The position numbers and the translations under genes are program-made. From contig JAGVHJ010000422.1 of the NCBI GenBank assembly GCA_020056645.1, positions 1-37,459 of the forward strand: 37,459 nt of DNA. Direction: 5' to 3'. Under the pieces are notes generated by a model. The model saw only the letters and a list, made by a program, of their open reading frames with translations. It was not told the origin of the DNA and ran no database searches. Shown in pieces: positions 1 to 7,668 of the stretch (positions are counted from its first letter, which is position 1; the number at the start of each line of letters is the position of its first letter). This stretch comes from Desulfobacterales bacterium (GTDB lineage: Bacteria; Desulfobacterota; Desulfobacteria; Desulfobacterales; JAHIVH01).

Positions 1-1
1 C

Positions 2-130
2 CTGAAAGGGCATACGAGTTCGGTCGGCTCAGTTTCCATAACCCCAGACGCCCGGTTTGTGGTTTCTATGAGTTTGGATGACACCCTCCGCATCTGGTCC
101 CTGGTATGGGAGTTGGAATTTGATGCCTGA
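2..130 (+). CDS. WD40-repeat protein, C-terminal fragment (gene begins upstream of the window)
   Basis: The frame is open from the window edge: LKGHTSSVGSVSITPDARFVVSMSLDDTLRIWSLVWELEFDA, then TGA at 128-130. GH...D-D-T-L-R-I-W is the classic WD40 blade signature. It is absent from the ORF track because it has no start codon in the window. Confidence 0.6.
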   Translation: MKGHTSSVGSVSITPDARFVVSMSLDDTLRIWSLVWELEFDA

Positions 131-269
131 CCGCACCCAAAAAAAATTGCTTGCGCTTTTTGAAACCGCCCAATGTCCGTTCAGAAAGGAGATAGCGCAA
201 ATGATTGCCAGTGGCAGTATCCCCGGCCCCGTGTCCGGATAAACATTTTAAAAACCAAAGGATCGCCTC

Positions 270-3200
270 ATGCGAACATCTCCTTCACTTGAAGTCATTA
301 TGAACCTTGCGGCGTTTGAGACCGTTTCCGCCAATTTCGCAGACATTGAACCGGAACATATCCTGATGGGGGTTCTGAAGTTTTCCGAATTCGGGGACAT
401 CCCTGCAAATGCGTTGATAGGGGGCAGGACGGTGCAGGAAACATTTCAATCTGAAGTCCGGGACCTTCGCCGGACGTTGAATGACTATGGGATTGATTCC
501 ACCCAATTGAGACGCAAGTCAAGGGCGGTCATGGGAGACGGCGGATCGCCTTACAGAAACGGGGTGATCCACCGGTCGATGGAAGCGAAACGGATTTTTT
601 CATCAGCAAGCCAGATATGTATCGAGGAACGCGCGGGTGAGTTAAATTCAATCCACCTGCTCAAGGCTGTTATCGCCAACCCAACGGATCGCCTTGTTTC
701 TCTTGACCCGGTTCTGTTCAAAAATAAGGGGCGCACCGTTACCAGGCAGTACCCACCCCGCGACATGGATTCCCAAACATCGGATGAAAGGCCACTTGTC
801 CGGACGCCGGAAACTCTTATGAACCTGAGTTTGGCTATGAAAAAACTTCGGGAAAGACTCTCCTCTGCCATATACGGTCAGGATCATGCCATTGATGCCT
901 TTGTCGAAGGGATATTCAATTCTCAGATCCTTTCCGGCGCGGACAAGGATCGCAGAAAGCCCAAGGGGCTTTTTGTTCTGGCCGGGCCGCCGGGCGTGGG
1001 CAAGACTTATCTTGCAGAAACTTCCGCAGCAGCCCTGGAGCGCCCCTTTAAGCGTTTTGACATGAGCGCCTTTTCTGGCCACGAAGAGTCCTATTCCCTG
1101 ATCGGCATCCACAAAAGTTACAAGGAGGCCCACCCAGGGTTGCTCACGGGGTTTGTCGCGAACAATCCAGATGCGATTCTCTTGTTTGACGAAATTGAAA
1201 AGGCTCACCTGAATACCATCCACCTTTTCCTCCAGGTAATGGACATCGGCAGGCTTGAAGACAAGTACACGGAAAAAGAGGTGGACTTTAAAGAGACCAT
1301 CGTTATCTTCACAACCAATGCGGGAAAGGTCCTTTACGATGATCCGGACAATTCGGGGCTGGCGAAAATCCCCATGGTGTGGCATCGCAAGACCATCCTG
1401 AACGCCCTGGAAACCGAGATCGACCAGAGGACCGGAAAACCCTTTTTTCCGCAGGCCATCTGTTCCAGGATGGGGACCGGGTATCCGATCATGTTCAATC
1501 CGTTGAGCGCCCATGACCTTGAGGCCATTGTCCGTGCGGAGCTTGAAAAAACCGGGGGGATGATGGCTTCGGGATTGTCAAAGAAAACGGAATTCAGGCC
1601 CTTGATCCCCTTATGCATTCTGCTGCGCGAGGGTGCGTGGTCGGATGCGCGCACCATCTGCTCACAGGCCGCGACATTCTGCAAAACAGAAATTTTCAAG
1701 CTGGCGGGTTTATACCGGCCTGCCAGACTTGACGCTGTGTTCAGCAAGGCGGAAAAGATTATTTTTGATGTTGCCCCGGCAGACCGTCTGCCCGATGATG
1801 TCAGGCACATCCTGAAATCCGAAAAAAAACCATCGATCCTTTTAATTACCGAGGACTATCTGCACGAGATCTGGAAAGAGCGGATTCCCGATATGGAGTG
1901 GCATTATGCGGACAATGAATCAGATGCACTCAGTATTATCGGGACAAACCCCATTGATATGGTGTTGCTGGATCTGTGGATCGGTCATTCGTTCAGAACC
2001 CCCTCCCCTCCTTCCCTGGGAAAGACCGTCCTGCAGTTCGATTATCTGCCTGAGGCCGCATCGGACATTGCCGCCGGTCAGGAGATTCTGTTTAAAATAC
2101 GGGAACGATTTCCGGTCCAGCCCTGTTACCTGCTCTCGTTTGCCAAACAACAGGGCATCCCTGTTCTTGACGCCGAGCTTCTGGGCGCGTGCAATCGGTC
2201 AAAGGGCGCACGGGGGGTGATATCCACCCATTTCCTCTCCACCGACACCTCGTCCTGGGAGGAGGCCTGCAATGATCTGTCTATTGAACTCAAACAGACT
2301 GCGCAAAGGCTGTTTTATGAAAAAAAAGCGTCCGAGCTTGGGGCGGAACGTAAGACCCTTAGCTTTGAGACAGTGCCTTTGATTGAGGATGACGGGAAAA
2401 CCATTGTGTTTCAGCTGCGAAACCTCCGCTTTGTCCGCGCCATGGCCGCCGGGGATGTTTCCGAAGTTCTTCACGACGTGGAGCGTCCGAACATCCGTTT
2501 TTTGGATGTTTATGGCGCATCTGCGGCAAAGGAGGAACTGCGCTATATTGTCCAGTGGCTCAAAGATCCTGAATATTACAACAGTCTTGGGTTGCGTCCG
2601 CCTAAAGGCATTCTGCTCCACGGAGAGCCCGGCACGGGGAAGACCATGCTGGCCCGTGCTCTGGCGGGTGAATGCAAAGCATCGTTTCTGGTTGAATCCG
2701 CCACCAGTTTCGTCACGATCTGGCAGGGCAGCGGCCCGCAGAATATCCGGGACCTGTTTGCGCGGGCGCGGCGATATGCGCCTTCCATCCTGTTTATTGA
2801 TGAAATCGACGCCGTCGGGAAAAAAAGAAAAGGCGGCGGCGGGGCTGACACGGCTACGGAGCAGACCTTGAATGCGCTTCTGGTGGAAATGGATGGGTTT
2901 AAAAATTCCAATCAAAGGCCGGTTATTCTGGTCGCCGCAACCAATCTGGCCGAAACCCTGGATGATGCGCTCAGGCGAAGATTCGACAGGGAGGTGGAGG
3001 TGGACAAACCGGACAAGGCGGCACGGATGGCCTATTTGACCAAACGATTGACAGGCTCGCCCCATAAACAGGTTTCTTCAATGGTTATTGAACGAATGGC
3101 CGGTCAGTCCGTGAACCTAACCATTGCCGACCTTGAGCGGATTGTGGAACTGGCAGGACGAATGGCGACAAAGGCAGGCAACATAATAACAGACGCTATA

Positions 3201-3803
3201 GTTGAGGAGGCCTTTGAACGAACGCGCATGGGAGAAGCTCGACCGGAAACCGATCCGGAGACGCTGCTCCGGATTGCCCGCCATGAGGCCGGTCATTGCC
3301 TGATCGGATGGCTCAGGGGAGAAAAGCCGGTTCAGATTACCATTGTGGGCAGGGCAAAGGCGGGCGGTTTTGTGGAGCGGAGTGTTGAAGAAAATCAGAT
3401 GATTTTTACCCGGCCCCAAATAGAAGGTTTAATCCGGCAGACAATGGGCGGAAGGGCCTCAGAGATTGTCTTTTATGGCGCAGAACACGGCCTTTCATCC
3501 GGGGCGTCACAGGATATTCGCCAGGCAAGCCGTTACGCGGAAAAGATGATTACCGAATACGGTATGGACGAATCCATAGGGCCGATTCATATTGGTTCCG
3601 GCCAAATGGCTGACAGACCGCTTTTGTTGAAGGTTACCCAGTCCATCCGGAAAATCGTACATGCGCAACTCATCCAAGCCATTGAAGATCTCAAGGGAAA
3701 CTTGGATCTACTGAACCATCTGATCGATAAATTGATGGAAAAAAATCGCCTGACAACCAGTGAATTGGAGGAAATTCTGGGAACGAAACAGGGTCGTCAA
3801 TGA
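270..3803 (+). CDS. Multidomain AAA+ protease: Clp_N-like repeats + ClpA/B D2-type AAA + receiver-like domain + FtsH-type AAA + M41 zinc peptidase; no membrane anchor seen
   Basis: Clp_N-like: IEPEHILMGVLKF and LNSIHLLKAVIANP. ClpB-D2-like: IYGQDHAIDAFVEG, Walker A FVLAGPPGVGKTYLAE, FKRFDMSAFSGHEES, Walker B ILLFDEIEKAH, FLQVMDIGRLEDK, VIFTTNAG. REC-like: SILLITED...IDMVLLDLW...CYLLSFAKQ. FtsH-like: LLHGEPGTGKTMLARALAGE, ILFIDEIDAVG, ATNLAETLDDALRRRFDREVEV. M41: HEAGHCLIGW, MGGRASEIVFYG, SSGASQDIRQASRYAEKMITEYGM. Confidence 0.85.
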   Translation: MRTSPSLEVIMNLAAFETVSANFADIEPEHILMGVLKFSEFGDIPANALIGGRTVQETFQSEVRDLRRTLNDYGIDSTQLRRKSRAVMGDGGSPYRNGVIHRSMEAKRIFSSASQICIEERAGELNSIHLLKAVIANPTDRLVSLDPVLFKNKGRTVTRQYPPRDMDSQTSDERPLVRTPETLMNLSLAMKKLRERLSSAIYGQDHAIDAFVEGIFNSQILSGADKDRRKPKGLFVLAGPPGVGKTYLAETSAAALERPFKRFDMSAFSGHEESYSLIGIHKSYKEAHPGLLTGFVANNPDAILLFDEIEKAHLNTIHLFLQVMDIGRLEDKYTEKEVDFKETIVIFTTNAGKVLYDDPDNSGLAKIPMVWHRKTILNALETEIDQRTGKPFFPQAICSRMGTGYPIMFNPLSAHDLEAIVRAELEKTGGMMASGLSKKTEFRPLIPLCILLREGAWSDARTICSQAATFCKTEIFKLAGLYRPARLDAVFSKAEKIIFDVAPADRLPDDVRHILKSEKKPSILLITEDYLHEIWKERIPDMEWHYADNESDALSIIGTNPIDMVLLDLWIGHSFRTPSPPSLGKTVLQFDYLPEAASDIAAGQEILFKIRERFPVQPCYLLSFAKQQGIPVLDAELLGACNRSKGARGVISTHFLSTDTSSWEEACNDLSIELKQTAQRLFYEKKASELGAERKTLSFETVPLIEDDGKTIVFQLRNLRFVRAMAAGDVSEVLHDVERPNIRFLDVYGASAAKEELRYIVQWLKDPEYYNSLGLRPPKGILLHGEPGTGKTMLARALAGECKASFLVESATSFVTIWQGSGPQNIRDLFARARRYAPSILFIDEIDAVGKKRKGGGGADTATEQTLNALLVEMDGFKNSNQRPVILVAATNLAETLDDALRRRFDREVEVDKPDKAARMAYLTKRLTGSPHKQVSSMVIERMAGQSVNLTIADLERIVELAGRMATKAGNIITDAIVEEAFERTRMGEARPETDPETLLRIARHEAGHCLIGWLRGEKPVQITIVGRAKAGGFVERSVEENQMIFTRPQIEGLIRQTMGGRASEIVFYGAEHGLSSGASQDIRQASRYAEKMITEYGMDESIGPIHIGSGQMADRPLLLKVTQSIRKIVHAQLIQAIEDLKGNLDLLNHLIDKLMEKNRLTTSELEEILGTKQGRQ

Positions 3804-3921
3804 TTCACTGTATATAGGTTTATTATGATATAGCATCTGGGGTTGGTTTAAGTTGCCAAAGCGGCAAACAAGAAGATAAACCATGAGATACACGCCCATG
3901 AAAATCCGAACAGGAGATAAT

Positions 3922-5544
3922 ATGGAAAACATATCTGGCGAATATTACACTATTGTGGCGAAATGCGATCCTGAGAAAAAAGAGCTTCCAGATGAAAAGA
4001 GGCTCCAGGGTCTTTACAGGATCGGAGAACAACTTTTTACGATGATTGAGACCGATGAACTCATGGAGAACATTATCAGGCTGATCGCTGAATGTCTGCC
4101 CATGGAGCGCTGTATGATCGGCCGGTGCTTTGTTGATTCAAATGAAATAACGCCCATTAAACACAATCTGGAAAACCTGCCGGATCAATTCGAAGATTGG
4201 CCCATCAGCTGTTCTGTTATCAGAGAGGTCTTAAAAACCGGAAAAGCCATACTGGGCTGTAATACACAAAATGACCCCAAATTCATTAATGGTAGTTTCA
4301 TTATGAAAAAAATTCTTTCTTTCATCTGTGCGCCGCTTGGGACGAGGAACAGTGCGGGTGAAAGGTCATATGGTTTTATCTATGTGGACATTAGTTTCAA
4401 AAAAAATATCGAGTTTAACGAAAATGACCTTAAATTCCTTACAGCCCTAAGTCCTTATATCGAATTGGCCATGAAGAACGCCGAAAAATTGTCGGTTGAA
4501 AGAAATAAAAGGGAATCGGCCGAAAAAAATTACTTTGAAATAAAAGATGAGCTGATCAAAAACAACATCGTGGGAAGCTCGAAAAAACTCACCGATGCAT
4601 TTGGGCGGCTTAGGCGGGCCTCTGATTCCGATGTTTCAATTCTTCTTTTGGGAGAGAGAGGCACGGGCAAAGAGCTGTTTGCAAAGGCTTGCCATCAGCT
4701 CTGCGAAAAAAGCCGGAGGGGCGGATCTTTTGTGATAGAGAACGTTGCGGCCATACCTGAAAACATGATAGAAAGTTTACTTTTCGGATATGAGAAAGGC
4801 TCTTTTACCGGCGCTAACGAGGCCCATACCGGGGATTTCGAGCTTGCACACGGTGGCACCCTTTTTCTGGATGAAATCGGCGATATGCCCCATAACTTGC
4901 AGGCCAAACTTCTAAGAGTTCTTCAAGACAAATCTTTTCGAAGGCTCGGTGGGAAGGTGGATAAACAATCGGACTTCAGACTGATCTGCGCGACCAACAA
5001 GGACCTGAATCACATGGTTATGAAAAATAGATTCAAGCCGGATTTGCTGGATCGGATAAGTGATATCATTATCCATATTCCCCCTTTGCGGGAAAGAACG
5101 GAAGATATTCCGGAGCTGGTGGTGCACTTTACAAAAAAACTTGCTATGAAAAAGTGTTTCTCGGCAGAAGCCATGGCCTGTCTCAAAAGCCTTCCCTGGG
5201 CGGGCAACATCCGGCAATTGTATCAGGTGGTAAAAAGGATCGATGTTCTGTGTGATGAAGATGACATCCATGTAAAGGATATTTTGCCACATATAAAGGA
5301 CGTATCGCTGCACACTGACAGACCGAACGCCGATAATCCCCCGAAGCCCAAAGAGGATGCCACTGGGGATGCCGGACACAACGAAACCGGGTTGCCCCTT
5401 GCCGAAGTCGAAAAAAAACATATCATAAAAATCCTCAATGATACAAAAGGGCAAAAAAACAGCATTGAAATTGCCGCAACGATTCTCGGCGTTTCACGGG
5501 CGACGCTTTATAACAAGATAAAAAAATACGATCTTGAATACTAA
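3922..5544 (+). CDS. Sigma-54-dependent transcriptional activator (bEBP) with N-terminal GAF-like sensor, AAA+ core and C-terminal Fis-type HTH
   Basis: LLLGERGTGKELFAKACH (Walker A), ESLLFGYEKGSFTGA (GAFTGA-loop variant), GTLFLDEIGDM (Walker B), KLLRVLQDKSFRRLGG, RLICATNKDL, HTH AATILGVSRATLYNKIKKYDL. Start chosen at ATG 3922, preceded by AGGAG; an in-frame ATG at 3883 (the ORF-track start) is the alternative. Confidence 0.9.
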   Translation: MENISGEYYTIVAKCDPEKKELPDEKRLQGLYRIGEQLFTMIETDELMENIIRLIAECLPMERCMIGRCFVDSNEITPIKHNLENLPDQFEDWPISCSVIREVLKTGKAILGCNTQNDPKFINGSFIMKKILSFICAPLGTRNSAGERSYGFIYVDISFKKNIEFNENDLKFLTALSPYIELAMKNAEKLSVERNKRESAEKNYFEIKDELIKNNIVGSSKKLTDAFGRLRRASDSDVSILLLGERGTGKELFAKACHQLCEKSRRGGSFVIENVAAIPENMIESLLFGYEKGSFTGANEAHTGDFELAHGGTLFLDEIGDMPHNLQAKLLRVLQDKSFRRLGGKVDKQSDFRLICATNKDLNHMVMKNRFKPDLLDRISDIIIHIPPLRERTEDIPELVVHFTKKLAMKKCFSAEAMACLKSLPWAGNIRQLYQVVKRIDVLCDEDDIHVKDILPHIKDVSLHTDRPNADNPPKPKEDATGDAGHNETGLPLAEVEKKHIIKILNDTKGQKNSIEIAATILGVSRATLYNKIKKYDLEY

Positions 5545-5577
5545 CGGATATTGGCCAATTTTAAAGGAGGTCTCGCG

Positions 5578-5892
5578 ATGAAAATGAGCAGCAAATTTTC
5601 ACTCGGCCACGATGTGCTTCGAGCAATCAGTGAAGCCAAGAATGAATTCAAGACTGGCAATCAATTGCATAAACTGAAAACCCATGAAGGGACTGAATTA
5701 TGGAACATCGTGTGGCCGCGGCAGGGCGGCCAATTGCTCGAGTTTCAAGTGGGCAACGCCCACCAAGGGGATCCGCGCTCAAAGGGATCTCGCCGACTGG
5801 TACTTCTCATTGAGGCCGATCGTATCGAAAATATCTTCTTTTCAGAAGACCATTATCTGGCTGAATCGTGGCATCAAATTGTGGATTGGTAA
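5578..5892 (+). CDS. Small hypothetical protein (104 aa)
   Basis: ATG 5578 is preceded by AAAGGAGG (5562-5569), so the ORF-track TTG at 5551 is less likely. No family recognised. A terminator-like hairpin follows the stop codon. Confidence 0.45.
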   Translation: MKMSSKFSLGHDVLRAISEAKNEFKTGNQLHKLKTHEGTELWNIVWPRQGGQLLEFQVGNAHQGDPRSKGSRRLVLLIEADRIENIFFSEDHYLAESWHQIVDW

Positions 5893-5923
5893 ACCTCCTG
5901 GTCATTCTTTTAGGCCAGTGTAT

Positions 5924-5954
5924 TGTAGAGACGCCCAATTCGGGCATCTCTACA
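5924..5954 (+). terminator. Terminator-like hairpin after the small ORF
   Basis: TGTAGAGAcGCCCaattcGGGCaTCTCTACA gives 8+4 bp of pairing, followed by an A/T-rich run (tcaaaattttaaaattt). It lacks a clean U-tract. Confidence 0.35.
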
Positions 5955-6176
5955 TCAAAATTTTAAAATTTACCTTTTTGTTTGGCCCAAACGGTGATCA
6001 AAGCCAATTTTTAGACCAATTTTCTTCAAAAAATCCAAATTACTCTTGAAGTCCACCCTCCCCTCATTCTAAAAAATTATTTTTCAATATCTCCCGAAAT
6101 TTTAAATCCATCTAACAGTCTATAATTATTTATCAATCGACCCATTGAATTTTATCTTTTTCTTCTGAGGTCTTCC

Positions 6177-6192
6177 TGGCAACGCTGTTGCA
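6177..6192 (+). promoter_or_regulatory. Sigma-54 (-24/-12) promoter of the left-arm operon
   Basis: TGGCAAcgctgTTGCA matches TGGCAC-N5-TTGCW with exact GG-N10-GC spacing, about 135 nt upstream of ATG 6326. A homologous promoter plus leader is present in the right arm. Confidence 0.7.
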
Positions 6193-6325
6193 AAAGGGCA
6201 ACAACACATTGTGGATCACGAAGAGTTGGTAGGAAGCCTAAAAGTAGCGGGGTACCAGCAAGTCCGGTTTCTATTTTAGCTTTACCTGTAAACGCACCAT
6301 TAACAATCATTTAGAAGGAGGAATC

Positions 6326-6967
6326 ATGTCAAGAGGAATGAGATTGGGTAGGAATATCAGAATGAAACATATCCGTATGTTAATTGGCTTTCTGTGTGCC
6401 GTAACGTTGTCTGGATGTACATCCGTTATACGTCCACACGTTACAGAAGCCGAGTTTCTCACCGCTGAACCAAAAATCGCAGGCCATGCCGAACTCTATG
6501 TGTCGGAGGCATTTCGGACGCACACGGAAACAAAGACTGACCCGCTCGATTTCAAAAAATGGCAATTCGATTTAGGCCCGCTGGCGGTTGACACGTTCAA
6601 GTACTCGTTGGGAAGCCGTTTTGAGAAAGTTCACGTCAAGCTCGGCGAGCCTTCGTTTCCGCTGTCAGCCACCAACACCGAAGATCTCGTTGTGGCGATC
6701 GAGCCGGAATTCGCTGGTTTCAAGTCACATTGTCCGATCTTGTTCAAGTTTGAAACTTACGTTGTTCAGGTCTCGTTCAAGGTAAAAGCCTTTGATCAGA
6801 CCGGTAAAATACTGGTGGATAAAGTTTACCATGGCGTAGGAAAAAAACGCGGCGCCATTGGCCAGGCATCCTCTGGTCTCGATGCAAACCCTGTCGCAGC
6901 CCAATTGGCCTTAAAGGATGCTATAAATCAGGCCGTCACCGACATTCTGGTTGCTGTAAAAAAATAA
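6326..6967 (+). CDS. Lipoprotein of unknown function (213 aa)
   Basis: Signal peptide with lipobox LIGFLCAVTLSGC-TS. Strong RBS GAAGGAGG. Roughly four-fifths identical by eye to the product of 36084-36725(-). Confidence 0.75.
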   Translation: MSRGMRLGRNIRMKHIRMLIGFLCAVTLSGCTSVIRPHVTEAEFLTAEPKIAGHAELYVSEAFRTHTETKTDPLDFKKWQFDLGPLAVDTFKYSLGSRFEKVHVKLGEPSFPLSATNTEDLVVAIEPEFAGFKSHCPILFKFETYVVQVSFKVKAFDQTGKILVDKVYHGVGKKRGAIGQASSGLDANPVAAQLALKDAINQAVTDILVAVKK

Positions 6968-6979
6968 AAATCTGAAAAA

Positions 6980-7001
6980 GGCGGGGGCCGGACTACCCGC
7001 C
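6980..7001 (+). other. Conserved intercistronic stem-loop after the lipoprotein gene
   Basis: GGCGGGggccggactaCCCGCC, preceded by an A-run. The same GGCGGG/CCCGCC stem occupies the equivalent position in the right arm (36052-36073). Confidence 0.35.
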
Positions 7002-7057
7002 AAACCCTGGTATACCCAACATGAAATAATAAAAATTAAACAAAAAAGGAAAATATT

Positions 7058-7600
7058 ATGAATACAAAATCTTATCAATACTATTACTGTTTTCTCGCGA
7101 TTGTACTTGCACTATCATTGACCCGTCCCGCGTTGGCGCAAAGTAAAGGCCAATTGGGGCTGGGGGCCGGCATTGCCCATGGGATGCTTGGACTGAATGG
7201 GGAAATTTTATGCTGGGATCATTTAGGCCTGACCTTGGGTGCAGGATCTCTCGATGACTTTACGTGTTGGGCCGCCGGTGTCAGATATTATCTGAACAAA
7301 AGCGAAAGACGATGCCGACTGAGAGTCGGCTGTCTCTATGGGGTGGTTAATTATATTGAGGATATGGATATGAAAGAAACCATCGAAGGCCTGTTTCCTT
7401 TTGTTGGAGCGGATCTCAGATTGAATAAGCACATAGGGTTCAATGTTGATTTCGGCTATCGTATTCCCTCGAAAAATACGACCTCCTTACACGGTTCGGA
7501 AGGTTGGCAAAATAGTTATGAATACGTCTATTATGAAGAGGCCGAATTTAAAAATGAAAAAAGCGCCGCCATGAGCCTGGGACTGTCATACCATTTTTAG
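7058..7600 (+). CDS. Small outer-membrane beta-barrel protein (180 aa)
   Basis: Signal peptide ...LSLTRPALA-QSK. Alternating hydrophobic strands. C-terminal beta-signal ending LGLSYHF. Paralog of 34776-35315(-). Confidence 0.65.
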   Translation: MNTKSYQYYYCFLAIVLALSLTRPALAQSKGQLGLGAGIAHGMLGLNGEILCWDHLGLTLGAGSLDDFTCWAAGVRYYLNKSERRCRLRVGCLYGVVNYIEDMDMKETIEGLFPFVGADLRLNKHIGFNVDFGYRIPSKNTTSLHGSEGWQNSYEYVYYEEAEFKNEKSAAMSLGLSYHF

Positions 7601-7606
7601 CGAACA

Positions 7607-7648
7607 CCGCCGCTGTGCGTTGCATGTTTTATTCAAAAGCAGCGGCGG
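7607..7648 (+). other. Intercistronic stem-loop between the OM-barrel and coiled-coil genes
   Basis: CCGCCGCTG...(24 nt)...CAGCGGCGG, a 9-bp stem. The right-arm counterpart is CCGCTGCTG...CAGCAGCGG, where a C:G pair becomes T:A (compensatory change). Confidence 0.45.
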
Positions 7649-7668
7649 AACAATCATTGGAGGAAAAA

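Noticed and set aside
101-117. A sigma-54-like sequence, CTGGTATgggagTTGGA, upstream of the Clp/FtsH fusion gene.
   Set aside because: The critical -12 GC is GG, and the site lies inside the WD40 coding sequence.
201-242. A 13-codon mini-ORF (MIASGSIPGPVSG) with a good RBS, just upstream of the 270 start. It could be a leader peptide.
   Set aside because: It is too short to evaluate, has no conserved or rare-codon pattern, and no alternative hairpins are visible. It cannot be supported from sequence alone.
648-3065. Long antisense ORFs in the track (for example 648-1514(-), 2199-3065(-), and similar ones at 15498-16022(-), 19206-19913(-), 22068-22613(-), 24201-24668(-)).
   Set aside because: They lie wholly opposite genes with strong family motifs and have low-complexity, Arg/Pro/Gly-rich translations and no RBS. 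These are typical shadow ORFs of GC-rich coding DNA.
5684-6049. The 121-aa ORF that overlaps the end of the small gene and the intergenic region.
   Set aside because: It overlaps a better-supported ORF out of frame, runs through the terminator-like hairpin, and has no RBS.
7615-7668. N-terminal extensions in the ORF track: 7615, 9026, 10405, 14004, 17039, 33157, 36839 and 5551.
   Set aside because: In each case an internal ATG or GTG has a strong Shine-Dalgarno sequence, aligns with the paralog N-terminus, or abuts the upstream stop. The extensions run through upstream genes, hairpins or leaders.
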